From positions 63,426,001-63,490,000 of the forward strand of contig NW_027266286.1 of assembly GCF_022045235.1 (NCBI RefSeq): a stretch of DNA of 64,000 nucleotides, written 5' to 3'. The position numbers and the translations under genes were made by a program. This DNA comes from Haliotis cracherodii (lineage: Eukaryota). The notes below the pieces were generated by a model. The model saw only the letters and a program-made list of their open reading frames with translations, did not search any database and was not told the origin of the DNA. Shown in pieces: positions 19,819 through 31,005 of this stretch (its first letter is position 1; every line of letters starts with the position of its first letter).

Positions 19819-20293
19819 ATCGGAGGACGACAACACATCGACAAGGGATGGTCGAGATGAAAACCAACCCTTAAACAACAATGACTTTTTGTTGCGAGTT
19901 CCCGATCATCTTCTCAAAAACATTAGTTCTAAAAGAACTATAGGAAAACTAATGTCTCTGTTTCTATTTCTCAAACATAAAATTGTCACTGGTCACTTAA
20001 CAGTGACGGGTAATCTGGAAATTGTGTTGCCAAACGGAAACGTGTTAAAAGATTCAAACCTCACGAAGCTGATTCGTTATTACACTCTAGACCCTTCTTC
20101 CGAGTCAAAAAGACCAACGGGTTACAATGAGTTTCGCAAATTGCTACTCAGTTTAGGTGTACCGAAGAAGCATCTCGTGAGGAGAAATCACCATAGAAAC
20201 CCAGAAAACAAGCGTGTGAAAAGACTCTACATAAAACGCAAATCTGTGCTTGGCGTGCCCGGAGGAGACTTTAGAAAATTGGAATCTTTGTAA
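19670..20293 (+). CDS. Conserved Polinton hypothetical protein
   Basis: 207 aa. The pattern EIV..G.V...SNL..LI...P.GY..F...L...GVP is common in Polinton genes that follow the previous family. It overlaps the upstream ORF by 149 bp. Confidence 0.7.
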   Translation: MSKPMILLTRDTYQRLMSEQEEEQKKKKMTANRIANQNHRTPAPPQTANESEDDNTSTRDGRDENQPLNNNDFLLRVPDHLLKNISSKRTIGKLMSLFLFLKHKIVTGHLTVTGNLEIVLPNGNVLKDSNLTKLIRYYTLDPSSESKRPTGYNEFRKLLLSLGVPKKHLVRRNHHRNPENKRVKRLYIKRKSVLGVPGGDFRKLESL

Positions 20294-22123
20294 AACTGTT
20301 TAGGGTTAAATATCATTGTTTAATCACGTTTGTATTCATGAATCGAATAAATATTCTTGATGCGAATGTATTGCCATTTTGTTTTGTTTTTTAACATATA
20401 CCAAAACCTGATACAAAACAGTCGATAAAACCTTGTGATATTTGCTGCAAGAGGTTGTGAGTTAAAGGTGATGAACACTTCGATGTGACATGGTGAAATA
20501 ATAGAAAAAAATATACAATAATTGGTATCAATAAACTCTTGATTTGGTAAAATACAATGTATGTCACTTAGCATGGATTATTTAAATTTTCCCACTCGCA
20601 GACGAACTCGCATTAGTATTTTCGTTCAAGATCAAAATGGATGTATTTAATAAATCCCAAATAGTATGTACGGATGTTAATCAGGTGCTATTCGATAACT
20701 AAACTACGGAAAGGTACATATGAAAATCATGCACACGTTGCTGAGATGATCTTCCGACTTCTACATCTATTTTGCAAGATATTAGACATAAACATAACAA
20801 TTAATGAAAATTATTCTTATAACTGCAAAGGAATACGAATATATATACACTAGCTCATACTGTAAGTATGGTCAAGGGTCAAATGCATTCGGGCAGTGTT
20901 TGAAATAAATTGCTCGAATTCCAACTCGTGAAATAGTCGTTCACTGGTTTCTCTAGTAATTACAAATACTCTGAATGAAGCATAATAGACACATACTTGG
21001 GAAGACATCCTCTCTCCGAATTTAATTTCTCGTGCAAAACGCTGTATTCTCCCCACCGAATATCATGTTTCCCACTTGATTTTGTTATAACGCAGAGAGG
21101 CGAGGTTTCCAGCAATCACCCCTGAAATTAATGCTAGGCGTCTTATAGTGAGGGTAATACGGCCTTTGTTTACTCGGTTGTGCGGCTCCACGTGCTCTCA
21201 TCGAAGCCCCACGGAGAGCTAGCGATACGGTCGCTTTGGTGTATAAATAGATATATATTGTCATGCAACTCACTGTCGCAGGTGCAGTAGCCTATCTATA
21301 TAATTATGCCAAACAATATGTAAAGCGCACCCTCCGATTAGTTGCAATAGTTCGTTCTGTACTGATTTCTGATGCCTGTAAGAAGCAGTGTTATGCTGAC
21401 TCGCAACTGTGCCGAAGTGTGAGCGATGATCTGTTGATAAAACTATTCCCCTTACCGCTATTTAAAATGAAGATTTAATTACAGTTGTATTTGTAATGGT
21501 ATTCTTTTCTAATGTTTGATGCTTTCAATAACTAAAATTTAATAAAGAAGATTATTGAATCAGATTTTAGTGACATAAATGTATAAGAATTGCGTTGATG
21601 TATGTTCACACAACATATATGTTTGGTTCATATAAAAACACTTGTTTGAAGGAAAGTATTATCTCAAAAGTCGTGTCGTACAATGAAAATAGACACGAGA
21701 AACGTTGTTGTTGGTTGTTGTTTTTTGTTCAAATGGCTTAGCAACGGCATCGGATTATCCCACAATAGTCTAATAATCTTCTATAGTAAGCAGCAAATAT
21801 TTTTGTTTGTATAATTGAACAATAAAATGTTTTACCTTCATCTCATGGTGAAAATCCCGCTCTCCAAATATGATGTGACACTTTTAAGTCCCTGGATCCA
21901 TCATATGTTTTCCCATAATGTTCTCATAACTGTCGGTTGCTGCTGATGTTGTTTATTTAAATATGTCTAAAACTTTCAATTAAAAATAAAAGAGTGAAAA
22001 CCAAAATGCTTGTCGAAGAAAAAAAAAGATAACTTAAATGACAATTTGTAAGCTTTCAAGTATGATCTACTTGGTGTTTCCCCGTCTTGAAAGAAAGACA
22101 AAAAAAAATAATAATACATCACA

Positions 22124-22459
22124 TTATTGTCGAGGTAGTCTTGAATTTTCTTCTATAGATATATTATTAAATGGAGGAACAATCGCCACGGGTTTCTTTG
22201 AATTTTGATTAATAATTCGATTGGTTCCTTCGTTACTGTCTATAAGATATTTACAAATTTCATTAGTTCGAAAGTCAGATGCGATCATTGATTTATCCAG
22301 TACACGTTCACCTTCTAAATAGTGGCCACGTCCTCTTCCCATTACTCGTCGAATCAAATCGTTATCGACACGGAAACTCATATCATTTTTGAATTTATCA
22401 ATTCTTTTTTGGGGTACACCAAGCAAATCGTACTTAGAAATGATCTCCCTTTCAGCCAT
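22124..22459 (-). CDS. Polinton accessory hypothetical protein (111 aa)
   Basis: Open frame from ATG 22459 with protein-like composition in AT-rich surroundings. No family recognised. Confidence 0.45.
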   Translation of the reverse strand: MAEREIISKYDLLGVPQKRIDKFKNDMSFRVDNDLIRRVMGRGRGHYLEGERVLDKSMIASDFRTNEICKYLIDSNEGTNRIINQNSKKPVAIVPPFNNISIEENSRLPRQ

Positions 22460-22769
22460 GTTTTCAAACAAAATGTATAAAGATAAAATCAAAAATTATT
22501 TCAAAACAAACTTAATGATTTTTTTTTTTAAATATACACAATAAAAATGATAAACAACAACAGATTTGACTCCAAGGACGCAAGTTCACGAAGTAATGTT
22601 TCTGAACTGAGAATGAATATGCTGGTTACAAACCCAGTCTTGTACGATCCTTTGGAAAATAAACACACGCACACGCACACACACATACACCGTTCTTGCT
22701 GAAATGTCTGTGGCCTCTCTATTTCAATAAAATAAAAGTTCAAGTTTTGATGATTGTCTTGAAAAACGA

Positions 22770-22793
22770 CCACACACACACACACACACACAC

Positions 22794-22858
<65 letters not shown>
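22770..22858. repeat. Compound (CA)n(GA)n microsatellite inside the Polinton
   Basis: Directly visible. Confidence 0.95.
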
Positions 22859-22861
<3 letters not shown>

Positions 22862-23599
22862 GCCATGATTATATCACAGGATGAATAAGTGAAAACGTTA
22901 TATTATACTTTCTTTGTGAAAAACAACTCTGGCAATGCTTAGGAAAGCATTCTGTTCCTACAATCACAAATTTAATACGCTCTCTGCAATGAGTGTGCTG
23001 AGTGTCCCACGCCTATTGTATGTACATATGTATACACCACATGTATGACATTCGCCAACTACCGTATTTTCCTCAATATCAGAAGCCGGTCTGTATTAGA
23101 GAACCGAGTTCTATTGTAAGTAATAGTTTGGTTTTTTTGCTTTTAGTTTTTCTTCAGCTGTTCAGAGCTTCAAATAGAGGAAATACGGTAAGCCTGCAGC
23201 TTTCGAGAGCCGTATAGAATATCGGGAGACATTGCACTGCAGCGTATATGTCATATGTTTTGTTTTGTTTTTTTTGTTGGTTGTTTTTTGGGGTGTTTTT
23301 AGCTATAGTGGGTATACTGTTTCAAACCTATGTGTTCGTGTAAATAAACGTCTGATGTGTTTTCCGAAATGATGCGAATTTGAAGCTCATTGTTGCTCCC
23401 TACCGACGAAATGATCTTGACATTGCATCCACATCCCTAGAACTTGAGACCAGCAAAACTTTACATCTGTACATCTCATATATTTGAGATGGGTGGCGAC
23501 AAAGTGCATTTCTTCTCGACACATGCATAAAAATACGTTTTGCGTATATTTTAAATAAGGTTTAGGGAATTTTCTTTCAAAAGAGGGAATTTGCGAATC

Positions 23600-23986
23600 A
23601 TGATGTTCACACTAATCTTTGATGATACTACATCGAATTTCAGGTTTCAAATTGGGAATGATCCTCAAGGTCTGAGTAATCAGATTTTAGACTTTAATGT
23701 ATCTCGTCAAGTGAAGGATATTTTCATCTACTTCCTGTCCGAAATTGACTGTTTCCAACAGAAAAGTTTCTCCATGGCATACAACGCCCAATTATCACTC
23801 GCCATCGATGACACGTTATTCATTTGCGACAGGCAAATGAAAACACTATCTGTTCAAACCACGGGATATAACCATATCGCTCTGTTGGATGTTAGTGATC
23901 TCAAGGAAGCCGTCGAGCAGATCATTTCAAGCGTCACAACACTCCAACTTACCGAGTTTCGCAACAGATTTTTTCATTTGAATTAA
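23600..23986 (+). CDS. Polinton accessory hypothetical protein (~128 aa)
   Basis: Open frame with globular-looking composition. No motif recognised. Confidence 0.4.
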   Translation: MMFTLIFDDTTSNFRFQIGNDPQGLSNQILDFNVSRQVKDIFIYFLSEIDCFQQKSFSMAYNAQLSLAIDDTLFICDRQMKTLSVQTTGYNHIALLDVSDLKEAVEQIISSVTTLQLTEFRNRFFHLN

Positions 23987-24196
23987 GGTAAGTTTTCAAG
24001 ATTACTCCAGTTGAATTATTAAAAAAAACACGTTTAACACCTGATATGAAATTTCATACAGGTTTTATTTGTCAAATAACGAGTTTCAATTTCGATATAA
24101 GCTGTCTAAATAAGCTCTAAGGTTTCCAGTCTCCTGCTCAGTTCATTCACTCACATTCAACTTGAGACAATAGACTGTTTTTTGTTTTAAGAACTT

Positions 24197-24457
24197 GTGA
24201 GTGAGTGAGTGAGTTGTGTTTAACGCCGCTTTTAACAGTATTCCAGTTATATCGCGGCGTGTCAGCTTAATGTGGGAGGAAAGCCCGAATTGATGCAGAT
24301 CTCGGACGTTTACCACTTCGGTGAAACCTACGAGCTAGGGTATGTTGCCGACAAACCTAGAAACATAATCGGGGCGAACCGGGATTCGAACCCACATTTT
24401 TCTGACGTGACCAAGGGATGCAACTCTGCACAGCGACTGGGTCCCCCGTGCCCCCCC
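24197..24457 (-). mobile_element. Host tRNA-derived SINE inside the Polinton
   Basis: Its reverse complement aligns with 53061-53343 (B box GGTTCGAATCC, body, (ACTC)n tail), with deletions in the tRNA head. Confidence 0.88.
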
Positions 24458-25467
24458 GTTTTAAGACATAAAAAACAAACAGGTCAAAGAAGATTACATA
24501 GTTCTTTAATAAAAAAAACGAACAATGACATCGTCCTCTATTGAATACACAGTTCTATGATTACAGGCCTCTTCTACTGCTAACTTCTGTAAGTTTTTTC
24601 ATGAAAGTTCACAGGGAAATCCTCTTTCTCTATTGAGCTGTGGATACTGGTCACTGAAGATAAAAAGAAGTAAGCAATGCATTAAATCAGTATAGAACAA
24701 CAACAGAACCAACAGATAATTGTTCAAACACTCATTCTTTAAAACAATATTTATTCTGTGATCTAATATATTATGAAACTAAGTACCTAGATTGGTATTG
24801 TATGGGCTGAATCACAAGTTAATTGCTGCGTTACTAAGCAAACTCATTGAGGGTTGTTAATGTAATCACATTAAGTTAGCTCATTTACTCAGTGATAAAA
24901 CGATTGTGTGACTAACCTACATACGTCAATGCATGTATTAACTCATGGATGAGAAATTGTGATATCATGGACATGTGAACTAGTTAGGCAATCAATAATT
25001 TCTAACCTGTCCATGCACGAGTGTTCGATTTGAAAGGTAGTTATTGCTTTCAACAGTAGTCCACAAGATCAACTACAACTATGAAACTTAATCCTACATC
25101 GATGAAATATTTGTCAAATATTATACCTATATATAAAATAAAAAGTCCTATTATCTTTCAATTTAATTCTTTCTTGTTAATTGTATGCAGACAATTAGGT
25201 CTTGCATGAGTGGTTGACCTGCGTCATCCGTAGTGTTTTGTTGTCATGGTCACAGATAGCCACGACCAAAGCTCATAGCACGCAGAGTTCTAAAATTCCA
25301 TCAAATAGTTTAGCATGCATATTATTATTATATTATATATCACCTTTGGTTGAGAACAGTGAAACGTTGCACCATTTCGCAATATAGACATTGTCATCCA
25401 TAATAGTAAATCTAACTTGACAAAGAAACATAATTCTACATTGACTATACAGAAAATTAAATAGTTT

Positions 25468-26022
25468 TTAAATGTTAGTATAGTAACAGATGTGATTGAT
25501 AATGCGTGTTGACTTAAGAGTAGAATAAAACCAGTCCATTATCATAAATAATTGAAAAATAATTCTCACCTCACTCTGACTTTGAATCTGTTCTCCCATA
25601 GAGATACGTCTGTCTTCGACGCATTTGAAGAACTTCAGGATGTTGAATTTCCTTTTGTTTTTGGAAGTACCCTGTCCTGTGAATACCATGTGAGTGGAAT
25701 CTTCAAGGGCATCCAAGTATTGATGGTTCAGGAGAACATCAAATCTGTTATCACCTCCTTTCTTCTCGACAGTCGATAGGATAGTCTTGCAAACATCTTC
25801 ATCGTGGATTTTGAAAGTTTCAGAGGACAAGATCTCTAACAATATGTTTTTGGGTAGATCACTCACTTTGCATCGGATTGTACATTCCTGGAGACCACCG
25901 TTATCGTCTAGCTTAGACATAAGCTCTTCCTTTGAAACAATAACGACTTCGGGTTTAAAGACCTTGTTGGTGACGATGATATCATCAACTTCTGTTGACG
26001 TCCGCTTTAGAGACTTTGCCAT
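25468..26022 (-). CDS. Polinton accessory protein, possibly OB-fold ssDNA-binding; probably spliced after 25570
   Basis: ORF transcribed inward from the right TIR. MVFTGQGTSKNKRKFNILKF resembles the terminal beta-hairpin of OB folds. Donor GAG|GTGAGA at 25569. Confidence 0.55.
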   Translation of the reverse strand: MAKSLKRTSTEVDDIIVTNKVFKPEVVIVSKEELMSKLDDNGGLQECTIRCKVSDLPKNILLEILSSETFKIHDEDVCKTILSTVEKKGGDNRFDVLLNHQYLDALEDSTHMVFTGQGTSKNKRKFNILKFFKCVEDRRISMGEQIQSQSEVRIIFQLFMIMDWFYSTLKSTRIINHICYYTNI

Positions 26023-26547
26023 AATTTGAGGATGGTGGTGATGGTGTTTAGGCGTGGATCAGATAGAATGTGTTCAGACTTGAAATATACGTTCTTTATA
26101 GTCTTTCTTGTTTTTTGTTTTTTTCTTCTTCTCACAGGGGTTATTTACTTTCAGATACGGTGTTGTTAATATCAGCAGTTCCCTTTTCAAAACAGTCTCG
26201 TGTTTACACGTGTGTTGTTGTTTTTTTCCCTTTCAACTGTCCGTATACGTCTTGTTGATACAGCTGTTAAAATATAATCTGTAGGTTCACTCGAATAACA
26301 GTAACTAGAGACGTTATAAATACGCCCTCGTTGATTTAAGGATTTCCTTTCAAAACAATCTTGTGTTTACACAAGTGTTTTTCCTTTCAACTGTCCGGGA
26401 AACGCCTAGTATTTCCTTTCAAGACAGTATCATGGTTACGCAAGTGTTTTTCCTTTCAGCTGTTTTGGAAGGCCCTTCCGTGGGAACTGCACCATCACAA
26501 TGTTGACGTAGATGTTATCTTTCACTCATGTGAAATCCGTAGGTTCA

Positions 26548-27724
26548 CTGTCCTCCATCTCAACAGTCGGGGAAAAAAAATATGTAACTTGTTCTGTGTG
26601 TCTAAAACGTTCTGCTTTAATGAAATTAAAACCACTGGCTTCTTTATCGATATCACACGTACGGGTTAAGCGTCGCTCCTTTTAGATTTGATTTTTGGGT
26701 TAGGTAGTATGTAACCCAGACACGAACTGAGCAATGCGGTCCACATGTTGGAATTGGTTTGGTTTAGACTCAAATTCACGATGCAAGTTATCACTACGAT
26801 ATAAATGATAACGATTTGAGAAAAAAAGACAGCTTCTGTTTTGGGTATTCTTTTCCCAAAGAGCTTCCATGAGTCGGTTGAGGTGGAACGAGGCATGGAT
26901 GTGTGTACTGCTGACTCCTCCATGGTAAATGAAAAAAAACTATCACCAACTCCTGCATTTATTCATATATTTTTTTTTCATATACATGTGACCTTTCTCA
27001 AACACTAACTGGAGACGGCCTTGTTGATATGAGTAGTTCCCTTTTCAAAACAGCCTCGTGTTTACAAGAGTGTTTTTCCTTTCAACTGTCCGGGAACGCC
27101 TTGTTGATACAACTGATAAAAAATAATCTGTAGCTTCTTTCGAATAACAGTAAATGGTGACGTTTCTAACACGCCCTCGTTGATTTAAGTATTTCCTTTC
27201 AAAACAGCCTCCTTTCAATTGTCCGGGAATGCCTTGTTGATACAACTGATAAAATCTAATCTGTACCTTCACTCACTCGACTAACAGTAACTGGAGACGT
27301 TTCAAATACGCGCTTTTTGATTTAAGTATTTCCTTTCAAAACAATCTCGTGTTTACACAAGTGTTTTTCCATTCAACTGTCCGGAAATGCTTTGTTGATA
27401 CAACTGATAAAAAATAATCTGAGTAACTGGAGACGTTTCAAATACGCGCTCGTTGATTTAAGTGTTTCCTTTCAAAACAATCTCGTGTTTACACAAGTGT
27501 TTTTCCTTTCAACTGTCCGGAAATGGTTTGTTGATACAACTGTTAAACGAGGTTATTGGTCAAGGTTATACGAGGTCATTGATCGCATGACAACAACATC
27601 AACACCCCCCACCCCCCCAAGGTCAAGGTTATGTGACGTCATCAGTCACGTGAGGTTAGTAGGTGCACCTGTGACGTCATCAAATGAGGATGTGAGGATG
27701 GATACTTATCACTTATCTACTACT
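26548..27724 (-). repeat. Right terminal inverted repeat (~1.2 kb)
   Basis: Mirror of the left TIR. It differs by a shorter C-tract, a 21-bp deletion in subrepeat 3 and a few substitutions. Further degenerate subrepeats lie at about 26180-26470. Confidence 0.95.
26666..26923 (-). CDS. Small two-transmembrane protein encoded in the right TIR (85 aa)
   Basis: Hydrophobic segments AVFFSQIVIIYIVVITCIVNLSL and MWTALLSSCLGYILPNP, followed by a basic tail KIKSKR. Confidence 0.75.
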   Translation of the reverse strand: MEESAVHTSMPRSTSTDSWKLFGKRIPKTEAVFFSQIVIIYIVVITCIVNLSLNQTNSNMWTALLSSCLGYILPNPKIKSKRSDA

Positions 27725-27856
27725 ACAGTCACACCAGGTGTGTGGTAGGTACTTTATGTATTCCACACCTTGGCTGGCCCAGAATGACACAGTCACACCA
27801 GGCGTGTGGTAGGTACTTTATGTATTCCACACATTGGCTGGCCCAGAATGACAGTC
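27725..27856 (+). repeat. Right part of the 64-bp exon-7/donor tandem repeat
   Basis: Duplicate donors TG|GTAGGT at 27745 and 27809, 64 bp apart, then a partial copy. Confidence 0.92.
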
Positions 27857-28029
27857 ATACACTTCAAACAAAGTGGTGGATACTTGGAAATGTCCAAAAT
27901 TGAAAGTGATATTAGTTTCTAGTTATAGTTTTATGATAACAATGAATGAACTGGGACAACAAAAGGTGTCAGTATGTTTTCATACTGTCAGTGACCATTC
28001 CTTGCACAATATGGAACAGTGTTCGCTCA

Positions 28030-28270
28030 GCCATAGCGATGCCATCCCGTACCATAACCAATCTGTCATGACGTCTCAGGATGACATGGCTTGACGTTCA
28101 TTACAACGTCGCATGGCACAGTGAATCGGGACTCATCTGAAAACATGCCACGTCACAAGCAAACATTACCCCAGTATCGACGTTGTGTACACGACTGTTG
28201 GCAATGTGACGATTTGTAAGGGGCGGTACAACACGTGGCCGTCCAGCATGAAGACGAGTTCTAGTCATCT
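28030..28270 (-). mobile_element. Decayed Tc1/mariner transposase fragment
   Basis: Minus-strand peptides LHAGRPRVVPPLTNRH, MFSDESRFT and VMVRDGI (compare Tc1 FSDESRF and VMVWGGI), in broken frames. Confidence 0.7.
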
Positions 28271-29274
28271 TACCCCAAACTCGTAGTCCTCTAACCTGAT
28301 GAAATGCGATACGCAGTGAAGGAAATCAAGTAAATCACAAATGTATGATAAGTAATGTTAATAAGATTGAAAGAAACAATGATCCACAGAGATTATTCGA
28401 CCTTCCTTGAAAGTGTCCAAATCAGGAATGACATCCGACGCAGTCAAATAAAGGCTTTGGTGGGTACTTTATATATAGCTGGTGAGGTCATAACATTTCT
28501 CCCTGAAACCAGTGAGGTCCTCATATTCAAGCATATGTCAATCACCTTGAAGGGCCCCGATCACACTTACAATACACATTACACAGACATATGACAGTCA
28601 AGGCGCAAAGATCTCGTAGCCATGGCCTCATTACATGTTTAACTTAATATACCATATTGCACACAAAAATACTGCACCTTAATAGGTACCGCATTTGCCG
28701 CATAAGAACCCCCTGACTAACTGCGTGACAAATACTTAAGTTATCATTATAAGCTCATGACATTAAGCATATGTTGATGACTATTTGTCGTATGCACATG
28801 AAAGATGTTTTTCACAGTAGGCACAACAGTGAACACATAGTATGTAACTGTCAAGTAACTGTTATGTATTTATGTATTGTTACATGGATGTTTGGATGAC
28901 GTCTCTCCTCCAACACTTGATCTCTGACAATTAATTGAACTTGTGTATAGTTTCTACGTGCACCCTCCACCCCCACCTCCCAACAACTACCCACATCCCA
29001 CCCACACCTCCCATTTTGTCAGGCGCTTAATGTATCAAATATAGTAATTTGAATAAAACAAATCAATGTACGTACTAAAAGAACAGACTGTCATGGTTTA
29101 ACTCTGACTGACCTGAATCCGTAATTAGCTTATAGTCACACACATTATGCTAATTGGGATTCCCGGATTACATTCCTTGGTTTGTCGAATTCTAAAGTCA
29201 CCACATTGTTTTTAGGTTGAGATATTCCCCAGATTCGGTACCATGTTTAACTTCACTAAGTGATCACTCTTCAG

Positions 29275-29506
29275 GTACACACAGAGAGCTGGGATCGTGT
29301 ACGCCATTGTGCTCAACTGGCCACAACCAGGTCAACTCCACCTTGGGTCAGCTTTGCCTGATAATGGAACACAAGTCAGCCTCCTTGGGTACACTGGAAG
29401 CTTCTCCTGGCAGTATGCTTCACCCAAAGGAATCAGTATCACAATCCCTCCCATCCCTGTCAACAAGATGCCATGTCAGTGGGGATGGGTCTTCGCGCTG
29501 ACATAA
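29275..29506 (+). CDS. FUCA: Alpha-L-fucosidase paralog A, exon 8 (beyond the Polinton)
   Basis: Acceptor TCTTCAG|G completes the Trp codon split at 6007 (TG|G). It reads YTQRAGIVYAIVLNWP...VSLLGY...PCQWGWVFALT* and is homologous to exon 8 of paralog B. Confidence 0.92.
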
Positions 29507-31005
29507 ATCGTCGATAATAGAACGGATCTATGCAAGGACATTAATGATAAACCATGGGAATATGTCTCACAGTGACCTAAGTTGTTAACAATTACGGGGA
29601 TGAACCATGGACGGTAAACAATGGGATGATCGTTACAGTGACATGAATGGTTGACAATTAATAGGACTGACCTTCACAATCAAATGATTGACACTAGGAT
29701 GGGTCCAAATAGGCACGTATGTTATATTACTTACGTTATTGTATTACAAATAAAAGTTATTTTGACAATACAAAAATGCTACCTTGACTGCATACATGTA
29801 AACACTAACGTCACTATATCTTGTGTGTTTGTTGCCTTGTTAAATATAATATATTAACTATGAGTATGGTAGCTGTGACATATTGACGACGTGCTTGACG
29901 CAAATTCTATGGTGAAAGTTATGAATGTTACTTTACAATTGTGACATGTATGTGTGCCCGAAATAAAATATCCTATTCATGTAATGGGATTTGAACATTG
30001 GCAAACATTCTATGTTCTGTCTTTCATATGACATCTTGTAGACATGACCAAAGATGTTAACTGGGTCAGCAGGGTGTGGGCTGACTATTTAAACACAAAC
30101 AAGTAATGAAGTCATTTCTTATAAACAAATATTTAAGCAATAATAACTTAACGACTGTTTTACCAATAATACATACACAACTTTAGATAATTATACGAAA
30201 TCAGCGACAAAAGTCAGTGCAGTAATGTAACCACGTGAACGGAAGCTGCGCCCATTCTATTTTCAACCAATCAGATAAACAGTTTTTAGTGGACATGTCC
30301 TAACCTTTTTAGGTTTATGGAAACAAAACAAAAACGCAAACCCCAATAAAATGCCACAGAATCACTTACATTTATGTATTGAATTTATAGGTGATTTAGT
30401 ATGAAATATCACAATATGAAACTTGTAGTAGAACTATAACCTGTACAAGATGCTTGTTCTTGCTTTAAATGAGTAGTAGAGCAGCTCATAAGTTCAAATG
30501 CATACTTTTAGAAAGGGGTAACGTAAAACTGAAAAATTGAAATAACCAATTCTGCCTTTAAATCATTGAGCATTGCAAACTATCTAATGATTAGGTGCAT
30601 GTAGATTGCAGAGTATTTGAAACCCGTGTTTCAAATCCGGTGACAGGATAAATTAGAACATGTTTTATTATAACTTTGTGAACATTACATTGAATGACTA
30701 CCCAAGTCATTTTCCTTTACAATCTTTATCGGGCAGAAATACATATATACTTCAAAATATTAACCTTTAATTTACAAAACAAAATACTATTACTAAAATA
30801 ATAACTGAAATTGCTAACTCAAGATTTAGTTGTCAGCATATTGATTTGTGCACGTTATTCAATTGTGTGTCATGGAGAGATATCCCCATCTACAGGACAA
30901 GGCCGACCAGGACAACACAACACAATAGACAAAATAATCAACATCAAGACCTTGACCCAGATTACATCACCATATCTAGAAATGATAGCTATTAAGGCCC
31001 TATCT

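Larger units (their letters stand above)
6058..27724 (+). mobile_element. Complete Polinton/Maverick (endogenous polintovirus/adintovirus), 21,667 bp
   Basis: Termini AGTAGTAGATAAG...CTTATCTACTACT, 6-bp TSD ACAGTC (6052-6057 and 27725-27730), long TIRs, and pPolB, integrase, ATPase, protease and two capsid genes. Confidence 0.98.

Noticed and set aside
22053-22085. Short inverted echo (KYDLLGV) of the start of the 22124-22459 ORF
   Set aside because: About 30 bp with several mismatches and no TSD. Too weak to call a nested element.
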